NCBI GenBank assembly: GCA_903884815.1 | Contig: CAISGE010000002.1 | Location: 109,955-173,954 of the forward strand | From: Candidatus Omnitrophota bacterium | Lineage (GTDB): Bacteria > Omnitrophota > Omnitrophia > Omnitrophales > Aquincolibacteriaceae | Length of the DNA stretch: 64,000 nt | Direction: 5' to 3' | Part shown: positions 29,341-36,828 of the stretch, one piece after another | How the letters are laid out: every line of letters begins with the position of its first letter | How positions within the stretch are numbered: the first letter of the stretch is position 1 | The notes under the pieces: model-generated | The model's input: the letters and a program-made list of their open reading frames with translations, nothing else | Told to the model about the DNA's origin: nothing | Database searches by the model: none | Made by a program: the position numbers and the translations under genes

Positions 29341-30393
29341 ATGAACGCGATCGCGAAGGACGTTTATCAGAAGCTGGTGCGGGAGATCGGCGAGATCTAT
29401 GAGGGTGCGCGTAGGACCCTGGTCGAGGCCTATTGGAAGATCGGACAGAGGATCGTTCGGGTCGAACAGCAGGGCGCGGTCAAAGCCGTTTACGGTTCCG
29501 GTCTCCTTCAAAAAATCTCCGAAGAGCTTACGCGAAAGTGCGGTCCTGGATTTTCCGAATCGAACCTCCGGCGCATGCGGCAGTTCTACCTGAGTTACCC
29601 AATTCGTGCGGCGCCGCACGAATTGACCTGGACCCAATACTCGGAGCTTCTCCCCGTCGGGAATGCCGCAGTTCGGAAACGGCTTGAAAAGCAGGCCCTG
29701 AGGGAAGGACTTTCTCACAAAGCAATCCGCAAGCTTGTCCAGTCCGAACGCGTTCGCGAAGAAGCTCCTTCCCCCTCCGCAAGTCCCGAGTCCCGAGCGA
29801 CGAGTCCCGATCTTTTAATCCCCCTCCGCGGAAAGCTTCACACGCATCAGATCGCCCTCAAAGGGGGCGCGCTTTATCTCGACCTGGGCTTCCGTATTTA
29901 CCGCCCGCTGACGCCAGACCAAGCTGCGGCGGGGTTCAAAGAAGGCGATATTGTCAACGTGGAACCCCTTCAACCTACGCGGTTGAAAAGGTCGGAGTCT
30001 GGCTCCGGAGCCCTTTATACGTATGAAGCGGCGCTTGACCACATCTATGACGGCGACACGCAGTGGTATTTTATTTTTACGGGGCGCGGAGAAGGGCCGG
30101 GAAATAAAAGTGCCGGCTTTATGAAAAACGACAAGCTCCGGCTCCGCGGGATCGACTGTCCGGAGCTTAAGTACGCGGCGGGGAAGGCGGCGAAGCGCTT
30201 CGTGGTGGAGCTTTTCAGCCGGGCGGTGGGGATGACCGTCACGACGACGAAGCCCGACAAGTACGACCGCTACCTTTCCGATATCTTTCTCCGGATGAAG
30301 GACGGGGCGGAGCTTTTCCTCAATAACGAACTTCTCGCGGCCGGCCACGCCTGCTTGTACAGCGATCCCAAGCCCAAGGATTGGGAAGATTAA
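29341..30393 (+). CDS. DUF1016(YhcG) N-terminal domain fused to thermonuclease domain
   Basis: YWKIGQRI..EQ...YG...GFSESNLRRMRQFY...LTWTQY; then IYDGDT, LRLRGIDCPE, DKYDRYL, LNNELL.AGHA; no signal peptide. Confidence 0.85.
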   Translation: MNAIAKDVYQKLVREIGEIYEGARRTLVEAYWKIGQRIVRVEQQGAVKAVYGSGLLQKISEELTRKCGPGFSESNLRRMRQFYLSYPIRAAPHELTWTQYSELLPVGNAAVRKRLEKQALREGLSHKAIRKLVQSERVREEAPSPSASPESRATSPDLLIPLRGKLHTHQIALKGGALYLDLGFRIYRPLTPDQAAAGFKEGDIVNVEPLQPTRLKRSESGSGALYTYEAALDHIYDGDTQWYFIFTGRGEGPGNKSAGFMKNDKLRLRGIDCPELKYAAGKAAKRFVVELFSRAVGMTVTTTKPDKYDRYLSDIFLRMKDGAELFLNNELLAAGHACLYSDPKPKDWED

Positions 30394-30438
30394 CGCGGGA
30401 AAAAAGAAAATGGGGTTAGGTCTTGTTTTCTTTGGGTC

Positions 30439-30510
30439 GTAAAGTATCTGGAGCTGTTCGTGAAGCTGGAGAAGGAAGCGAGAGAAAACGAAAGGGGGCT
30501 TTGGAAATGA
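30439..30510 (+). repeat. Long thermonuclease 3'-end copy
   Basis: Translates VKYLELFVKLEKEARENERGLWK*; TGA overlaps ATG at 30507. Confidence 0.9.
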
Positions 30511-30971
30511 AAACAGGAGCTGTGGTATTTATTAAAAAAGGAGAACAGAAAAAGAAACTACCCAAGGGTGTGAAAATAATTGGCATTTATCACAAGTGGT
30601 TTGGTGGAATTTTGGGTTTCTTCTCATCGCTTGCATATCTTTTTGAGCTTTTTTTTCCAAATTTTCTTCCTCAGTTTATTGGGAGGATGCCGCAACACGG
30701 GGAGAACATATTTTATGTAAAAATTTACTGTATCCTTAGTCTAATACTTTCACCTATCTGCTATATTTTGGGAAGCCAACTTTTGCAATTCAAGGAAAAA
30801 GGAAGGAAAGGCATTTTATATCTTACCGTTTTTTACATATTTCTTACTCCTTGGCTTAATGTGTTAGCGTATAACATAAAATCACCAAGCAGAATCATTT
30901 TGTCAGTATTGTTGCAGTCGTTGGTCATTTGCTATCTTAGCCGTCCCAACGTCAAAGCCCAGTTCCAATAA
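30507..30971 (+). CDS. Four-TM membrane protein, paralog 2 (ends YLSRPNVKAQFQ)
   Basis: AT-rich hydrophobic ORF with the shared C-terminal motif. Confidence 0.75.
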   Translation: MKTGAVVFIKKGEQKKKLPKGVKIIGIYHKWFGGILGFFSSLAYLFELFFPNFLPQFIGRMPQHGENIFYVKIYCILSLILSPICYILGSQLLQFKEKGRKGILYLTVFYIFLTPWLNVLAYNIKSPSRIILSVLLQSLVICYLSRPNVKAQFQ

Positions 30972-31039
30972 GGACCCCGAACTACATGGGTACGTGGCGG
31001 GGAGCACGAGAACAGAAAAGGGGGTTGTGATGGAGATGA
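30969..31039 (+). repeat. taaggaccccgaac spacer plus thermonuclease 3'-end copy
   Basis: 31001-31030 translates GAREQKRGL*. Confidence 0.8.
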
Positions 31040-31674
31040 ATGATGCGGAAAAGTTGAAGGGAACTGGCGGGTGGTTGGGGCTATACATTCTCTTGGGATT
31101 TTTGGACCTTATATCGGTTCCGGTTATTTGTTTGTTTCCAACCGTTGAAACTGTTTCGCGTGCAGTTCTGATCATATGTAATGCAATAGCCTGCTTTTTG
31201 CTCATAAAGAAAAATAGTAATGCAGTGAAATGGACACGGCTTTTTCTATGGAGCCAAATGGGCGTGGATGCTGCTTTTTTCCTTTTCCATGCGCCTGATT
31301 TTTTATGGACATGGTCTTCCGGCAGGAATTACTACGAAGCTTTTTTTGCAATTAGAGGAACCCTGGGGGGTATTTTTTCGGCATGGATCTGGTTATCATA
31401 TTTTGAAAAATCAGAACGAGTAAAATTGAACTTTCCCGACTCTTTGCTCCCCGCACCCAGTAACCAATCGGTACGATTATGGAATTGGGTGGGTGTGATT
31501 GTGATATTAATTTACCTCCCACTCACAGTTTATGGGCAGGTATTAAAGGCCCAAATAAAACCGATCATAAGGGAATCTATAAAAAAAGGCGGGACATCTG
31601 TGGGCAGCCTGCTGAGAAATCCATTGGCATTACAGAAAGAGGCTCTCCGGAAATTGTGGGAATCGAAACATTGA
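31030..31674 (+). CDS. Membrane protein, DUF2569-like
   Basis: KG.GGWL N-terminus and WLSYFEKSERVK..F motif. Confidence 0.7.
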   Translation: MEMNDAEKLKGTGGWLGLYILLGFLDLISVPVICLFPTVETVSRAVLIICNAIACFLLIKKNSNAVKWTRLFLWSQMGVDAAFFLFHAPDFLWTWSSGRNYYEAFFAIRGTLGGIFSAWIWLSYFEKSERVKLNFPDSLLPAPSNQSVRLWNWVGVIVILIYLPLTVYGQVLKAQIKPIIRESIKKGGTSVGSLLRNPLALQKEALRKLWESKH

Positions 31675-31681
31675 GAAAACT

Positions 31682-31861
31682 ATGACCGAAGACCCCAGCA
31701 AGAATAAACCCACCAATCTCGACATCCCCGGATCTGAGCCGGAAGCGAATTCTGAGGCGAAGGTCACTTTGCTGAAGCGCGGACTTTTGATCCTGATCTT
31801 TTTCGGCATAGGCATGCTCATCGCGACCGCCTGGTATATGACGAAGCGGTATTGGCGTTGA
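31682..31861 (+). CDS. 59-aa tail-anchored membrane protein (not in ORF track)
   Basis: MTEDPSKNK...KVTLLKRGLLILIFFGIGMLIATAWYMTKRYWR*; second copy at 35486. Confidence 0.7.
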   Translation: MTEDPSKNKPTNLDIPGSEPEANSEAKVTLLKRGLLILIFFGIGMLIATAWYMTKRYWR

Positions 31862-31866
31862 AAATG

Positions 31867-31902
31867 CAAGCACGGGGACAGACAAGGGGATTGTGGAAAT
31901 GA
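31867..31902 (+). repeat. Thermonuclease 3'-end copy
   Basis: Translates QARGQTRGLWK*. Confidence 0.75.
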
Positions 31903-31927
31903 AGCTATTTTTCAAAAGGAGAATGAC

Positions 31928-32989
31928 TTGAGTCATTCCTGCCGCGCCATTTCTTTTTTGCCGATCACCGCTGTTCTTGAAATGACTTATCGGTGTAATC
32001 ACCAGTGCCAGTTCTGTTCCTGTCCTTGGATGACGGAGGAGCATGTCTCCATGAAGGGGAAAGAGCTTTCCACGGTTCAATGGAAGGCCGTTCTTGATCT
32101 TTTGGCGCGGCAGGGCGTTCACCAAATCTGTTTTACGGGCGGTGAAGCGCTATTACGCCCCGATCTTCCCGAGATCATGGCTTACGCTTCACGGCTGAAG
32201 GTTAAAGTGATCAAGGATAAAGACGGTCAACTGGCGGAACACATAGCGTCCCCCAAACTATACCTTTTATCGAATGGTGCGTTGGTCGACGATGCTATTC
32301 TCGACCTCTGCAAGAGAGATGACATCCAGCTGAGCATCAGCATGCCCGGGCTGCGCACTTTTGCCGAATTGACCGGCGGGGGTGACGTGAACAAAATACT
32401 GCGTATCTTCGAGAAAGCCCGGGAGCGCGGCCTTTCAACGGTGGTGGGCATCACTGTGACAAAGAAGAATCTTTTCGAACTCTACGAAACGATTTCAGCG
32501 GCCTTTCTTGCGGGGGCGACCCAGCTTTTATTAAATCGATTTCTTGAAGGCGGTCGCGGGCGCCGCTACGCCCGGGAACTTGCTTTAAGCCGCGCAGAAT
32601 TGATCGAAATGCTCGATGTCGCGGAACAAGCGCTTCATGATGCGGGCCGTTATGGCTCGGTGGGGACCGAGCTGCCGCTGTGCTTGTTCACCTCTGGTAA
32701 ATATAAGAGATTAGAGGTTTCAACGGGATGTTCTGCGGCCAAGGGTTTTTTTGTGATCGGTCCATCGGGAAAAGTGAGGGTTTGCAATCATTCGCCGGTG
32801 GAGCTGGCGCACTATTCGGAGATCGAAACCTTGAAAATGGATCCGTATTGGATGAAATTCGCCCGGAGTGATTACTTACCCGCCATGTGTGCGGGGTGTG
32901 AGGATGCCGGTCGTTGTGCCGGTGGATGCCGGGAAGCCGCGCATATTGTCGCGGGCGCGATCAACGCGCCGGACGCTCTGCTCATTTAA
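31928..32989 (+). CDS. Radical SAM/SPASM domain protein
   Basis: CNHQCQFC, FTGGE, SNG; SPASM GC...IGPSGKVRVC and CAGC....CAGGCR. Confidence 0.92.
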   Translation: MSHSCRAISFLPITAVLEMTYRCNHQCQFCSCPWMTEEHVSMKGKELSTVQWKAVLDLLARQGVHQICFTGGEALLRPDLPEIMAYASRLKVKVIKDKDGQLAEHIASPKLYLLSNGALVDDAILDLCKRDDIQLSISMPGLRTFAELTGGGDVNKILRIFEKARERGLSTVVGITVTKKNLFELYETISAAFLAGATQLLLNRFLEGGRGRRYARELALSRAELIEMLDVAEQALHDAGRYGSVGTELPLCLFTSGKYKRLEVSTGCSAAKGFFVIGPSGKVRVCNHSPVELAHYSEIETLKMDPYWMKFARSDYLPAMCAGCEDAGRCAGGCREAAHIVAGAINAPDALLI

Positions 32990-33003
32990 AGAAAGGAGAC
33001 AGG

Positions 33004-33645
33004 ATGCTTTTTATTCAAATCGCTTTGGTCACGATGCTTCTTCTTGGGCTCACGGTTTTATCCGCTTGCACAAAGCAGGCAAATCAATCAGATGCCAAGA
33101 GTAAGCAGGCGGTTACGTCCGAGCAAATCCAAGCCATGTCGCGTGAGGATATACAAAGAGCCTTGAAAAGGATCGAATCGAGTCATACGCCAACGTCGCA
33201 AAAGATGGGCGCGATGTGTTATGAACCAGTAGCTCCCGCATCTGGATACTTCGAATATGTTTGCCCCGTTGACGGCGATAAAACAGTTTTTTCGCTAAAA
33301 TCCAATGCATTTGATCAGGCAACCCATTTGCAGGAGCTTAGAGGCTCGGTCGAAAGATTGCGTCCGCTTGCTAAGGGGATCGCCCTATCACTTGATGAAG
33401 GCAGGCTTTGCGCCAAGTGTCATCCGGCGCTTCCTGATGCGGAAAGATTTGTTTCCCTGGTTCTTCAATATGCCGATGGAAGAACGGTCCGTACGGATCG
33501 GGTGACTCCTGAGGACCTCAAATATCTGACGGGGTTCTTTTCCGGCGGATTAAGCTATTTATCTCAAGGTCCGGATCAGGAGCCCCTGAAGCCTAAAGTG
33601 GCTCGCCTCAAGGAGCTGTTGGGTGAGAAAGGAGTAGGCACATGA
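33004..33645 (+). CDS. Lipoprotein with KMGAMCY motif (rSAM-associated paralog A)
   Basis: RBS aaggag; lipobox LSAC; KMGAMCY, YVCPVDG, LCAKCH. Confidence 0.8.
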   Translation: MLFIQIALVTMLLLGLTVLSACTKQANQSDAKSKQAVTSEQIQAMSREDIQRALKRIESSHTPTSQKMGAMCYEPVAPASGYFEYVCPVDGDKTVFSLKSNAFDQATHLQELRGSVERLRPLAKGIALSLDEGRLCAKCHPALPDAERFVSLVLQYADGRTVRTDRVTPEDLKYLTGFFSGGLSYLSQGPDQEPLKPKVARLKELLGEKGVGT

Positions 33646-34262
33646 TGTTCTTGCAAATTGTTTTTGTCGTGATGCTTGTTCTGGGGCTCACGGTTTTATC
33701 GGCTCGTGCGCAGCAGGCGGATCCGCCCGACACCAAGAGTAAGCAGGCGGTGACTTCCGAGAAAATCCAAGCCATGTCGCGTGAGGATATACAAAAAGCC
33801 TTGAAAAGGATCGAGTCGAGTAATCCGCCGGCGAAGAAGATGGGCGCGATGTGTTATAAAATGGGTGAAACACCTGAAAACTTTGAATATGTTTGCCCCG
33901 TTGACGGGGAGAAAACCGTCTATTCACGAGCCCAAGCATCTAAACAGGCAGTAGATTTGCAGGGGCTCAGAAGTTCGATCGAAAAATTGCGCCCGTTTGC
34001 AAAGGGGATCTCCCTATCGCTCGATGAGAGCAAACTCTGCGCCAAGTGTAATCCGGCACTCCCCGATGCGGAAAGATACGTTTCCCTTGTCCTTCAATAT
34101 GCCGACGGGAGAACGGTCCGCACAGACAGGGTGACTCCCGAAGATCTGCGTTATTTGACAGGGTTCTTTTCTGGAGGATTAAGCTATGAAACTTTTAATG
34201 AGGGGCAGGACCCCCTCAAGCCTGTTGAAGGTCGGTTGAAACAGCTTTTGGGGGAGCAGTAA
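33642..34262 (+). CDS. Secreted protein with KMGAMCY motif (rSAM-associated paralog B)
   Basis: Signal peptide ending ARA; KMGAMCY, YVCPVDG, LCAKCN; highly similar to paralog A. Confidence 0.8.
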   Translation: MMFLQIVFVVMLVLGLTVLSARAQQADPPDTKSKQAVTSEKIQAMSREDIQKALKRIESSNPPAKKMGAMCYKMGETPENFEYVCPVDGEKTVYSRAQASKQAVDLQGLRSSIEKLRPFAKGISLSLDESKLCAKCNPALPDAERYVSLVLQYADGRTVRTDRVTPEDLRYLTGFFSGGLSYETFNEGQDPLKPVEGRLKQLLGEQ

Positions 34263-34356
34263 TTCCGCCTTCATAAAATGTCCGCTGTTTTTGGGAAGGT
34301 CCGTATGCGGAAGAGCGGGAACGGAAAAGAAGGCTAGTGCCTGTTTTCTAAGGGTC

Positions 34357-34429
34357 GTAAAGTATCTGGAGCTGTTTCGTGAAGCTGGAGAAGGAAGCGA
34401 GAGAAAATAAAAGGGGGTTGTGGAGATGA
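34357..34429 (+). repeat. Long thermonuclease 3'-end copy
   Basis: Near-identical to 30439-30510 with a 1-nt insertion; similarity extends about 15 bp upstream; TGA overlaps ATG at 34426. Confidence 0.9.
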
Positions 34430-34911
34430 GAAAAATATCAGCAGGATTGAGGGGGACAGGATGGCTGTTGGTATTATATGGATTGATTTCTTTTTGCGGG
34501 CTTGCGGTTAGCTTCTTTTTAGGTGCTCTCCTTAGTATACGCCAAGCACCAATGTCGGAGTCACAATACCGTACATCTGTGGACCTTGTTACGAGTGTTT
34601 TTATGCCTCTTCCGAATAAATTTGTCGCAATAGGAATGCTTATAGGTGGGATAGGGGTATTAAGGCTAAAGTCATGGGGAAGATGGCTTGTGGTAGGAGC
34701 TATCCTTACCGATTTTATTCAAAAATCATTCTGGATGTACGCCTCTTCACGATTCAACCTAGATTTTATTTTTCAAACCGAATTGACTGTTTTTGTATTT
34801 TATTCTTCTCTTTTCTTGGAGTTGCTGGTTCTTTTGTATTTTATGCGCCCCAATGTAAAGATACAGTTCAAACAAGGAACCACGGGAACAGAAAAGGGGG
34901 TTGTGGTGTGA
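34426..34911 (+). CDS. Four-TM membrane protein, paralog 3 (YFMRPNVKIQFKQ)
   Basis: Shared C-terminal motif; reads through into a junction repeat at 34874-34911. Confidence 0.75.
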   Translation: MRKISAGLRGTGWLLVLYGLISFCGLAVSFFLGALLSIRQAPMSESQYRTSVDLVTSVFMPLPNKFVAIGMLIGGIGVLRLKSWGRWLVVGAILTDFIQKSFWMYASSRFNLDFIFQTELTVFVFYSSLFLELLVLLYFMRPNVKIQFKQGTTGTEKGVVV

Positions 34912-35489
34912 ATGCTAAGGTTAGAGCTTTCATTGGCGGGGCACTCGGAGTTGTCGTAATTTTCATAATAACATTCAGTTCTATTGGATACGGGGAGGAA
35001 ACAAAAAGGGCGTACTATGCGAATGGGAAGTTGCAGGGCGAGATGATTTATAAGAACGAAAGTAATGAGTCTCTGTCTAAGGAATATTACGAAAGCGGGG
35101 AATTACAAGGCGAGACGCTTTTCAAGAACGGAATGCTTGAAGGGCCGTATAAACTTTATTACAGAAACGGACATGTGCGGGAAGATGGATCTTATAAAAA
35201 TGGCTATCGTGAAGGGCCGTATAAAGAATATTACGAAAGCGGGCAATTGAAAGAGGCGAAAGCTTATGTGAATGGAAAACCAGAGGGGCCGAGTGAAGAG
35301 TATTACCCGAGCGGGCAATTGCATGTCGAGAGAAATTTCAAGAACGGAATGCAAGAGGGACTGATGAAGTCTTATTACGAAAGCGGGCAATTGCAATCCG
35401 AGGTATCTTACGAGAAGGGAGAGCCTGGCGAGGGAACGATAAAGCTCTATGGTCTAGACGGAAAATTAATGTCCGTGAGAAAACCATGA
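34908..35489 (+). CDS. Exported MORN-variant repeat protein (YwqK antitoxin-like)
   Basis: Repeats of YYESGQL...KNG..EG; N-terminal hydrophobic helix; GTG start overlaps upstream stop. Confidence 0.85.
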   Translation: MNAKVRAFIGGALGVVVIFIITFSSIGYGEETKRAYYANGKLQGEMIYKNESNESLSKEYYESGELQGETLFKNGMLEGPYKLYYRNGHVREDGSYKNGYREGPYKEYYESGQLKEAKAYVNGKPEGPSEEYYPSGQLHVERNFKNGMQEGLMKSYYESGQLQSEVSYEKGEPGEGTIKLYGLDGKLMSVRKP

Positions 35490-35664
35490 CTCCAGACCCT
35501 ATCAAAAAGCAACTCTCCGACCCCGCGATCCCAGGATCTGAGACGGAAGCGAATTCTGAGGCGAAGGTCACTCTGCTGAAAGCGGACTTTCGATCCTGAT
35601 CTTCCTCGGCATAGGTATGTTGATTGCAACTGCCTGGTTGATGGCGAAACGGTATTGGCGTTGA
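35486..35664 (+). pseudogene. Frameshifted copy of the 59-aa gene at 31682
   Basis: 179 versus 180 bp; ctgaaagcggactt versus ctgaagcgcggactt causes an early TGA. Confidence 0.75.
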
Positions 35665-35763
35665 AGATTGAATTACGGGAACAAAAAATGCGTCCCCGTG
35701 GGACGCCGTTCCGTCCCGAGGTTATTCAGAGTTTATCGTGGTGTCTCTAAAATGGAGGTGAGT

Positions 35764-36246
35764 ATGAAAATGTTTCTTTGGGCAGTCGTTTTGGGTGCGT
35801 TGTTCACACAGATGCCGACTTGCGTTTATTGCGAAACGAATAGCCTTATCGGAGAGTGGGAAGTCGTGTCGCAAGTTCCTTCGCAAAAGGAGCTGTTATC
35901 ATACACAAAGAAACCTGCGGGATTCGAGGGCGTGAATAATGATGACGTCGTTGTCCCCGAGACTAAACAGACGGTAACCATTACAGAAAACAATCTGATA
36001 AATAAAACGGTCGGAGAAGGCGTAAACATAAACGATGAAGAACCGTATAAATTAGAAGGCGATAAAATCATCATGATCCCGCCTGAGGGCGAAGCTGCGG
36101 AAAGTCCGTTCTATGTTTATGCCAAGCAGTTTATTCCGGCTTATACGTCTTTCAAGTTTGATGGGGAGAATCTCATACTGACGACGAGCGAAATCCCGGG
36201 ATATCAAAATAAAACAATAACCAAGGTGTTAAAACGCATTAAATAA
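35764..36246 (+). CDS. Secreted lipocalin-like beta protein
   Basis: RBS ggagg; signal peptide; LIGEW motif. Confidence 0.65.
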   Translation: MKMFLWAVVLGALFTQMPTCVYCETNSLIGEWEVVSQVPSQKELLSYTKKPAGFEGVNNDDVVVPETKQTVTITENNLINKTVGEGVNINDEEPYKLEGDKIIMIPPEGEAAESPFYVYAKQFIPAYTSFKFDGENLILTTSEIPGYQNKTITKVLKRIK

Positions 36247-36350
36247 GCACCAGTTTTTATTTTACAGCCCGGCGGTTCTGCGGCCAGTTGGAAAGACCGG
36301 ACGCAGTCTCGTTTTCAGGAAGGACGACTCAACGGCGGGAAGGATGAAAG

Positions 36351-36695
36351 ATGATTAAAAAATCCAAAGGTGCAAGGATGGTTTTAATGTTTGTGGCCGT
36401 TTTGCTATTGGGAGGACTCCTTGCTTTCGCAGTTACGGCCAATAAGAAAGAGACGCCCGCGGAGAGAATTGACCGGCTGGGACGAGAGATGGCGGCCGAC
36501 AAGGCTGAGGCGGTACGCCGCGCAAAAAAACTAGGGATCCCGGTACGCGAGACCTATTCCGACGGGAGAACGATTGAGCTAATGCGGTTCGACGGTGATC
36601 GTCCCGTGTTTTATACGACAGACCAGGTAACCCATCCGAGGCCGTCGGCCCCTCCCGTTGAAGTAAACCAAACTTCGTCTGTGAAGGAGGGGTAA
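36351..36695 (+). CDS. Small exported protein resembling a peptidase pro-region
   Basis: N-terminal TM; EAVRRAKKLGIPVRETYSDGRTIELMRFDGDRPVFYTT. Confidence 0.6.
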   Translation: MIKKSKGARMVLMFVAVLLLGGLLAFAVTANKKETPAERIDRLGREMAADKAEAVRRAKKLGIPVRETYSDGRTIELMRFDGDRPVFYTTDQVTHPRPSAPPVEVNQTSSVKEG

Positions 36696-36828
36696 GCTAA
36701 CGCTTCCCCGCGCCTGCCCGCCAACGCATTGTGGCGGGGGATGCCGTTGGGTTCACACGGTAGTAGAATGGAACCCTTCGACGCGGATCCGCGGAAAGCA
36801 GGTATGTCAAAACAAGGAGGCGATTGAA

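Noticed and set aside
31630-31869. Minus-strand ORFs over the 31.7 kb and 35.5 kb duplication
   Set aside because: The plus-strand 59-aa ORF fits operon direction, has a clear TM helix and explains the conservation.
33409-33423. c-type cytochrome call from CAKCH
   Set aside because: The close paralog has CAKCN, so the His is not conserved; a structural Cys site is more likely.
23663-34911. CRISPR array from the recurring repeat
   Set aside because: Repeats are degenerate, of variable length and separated by whole genes; no cas genes.
23100-36700. Integron cassette array
   Set aside because: No intI or other tyrosine recombinase and no attC-like RYYYAAC...GTTRRRY palindromes; the junction repeats are coding-derived direct repeats.
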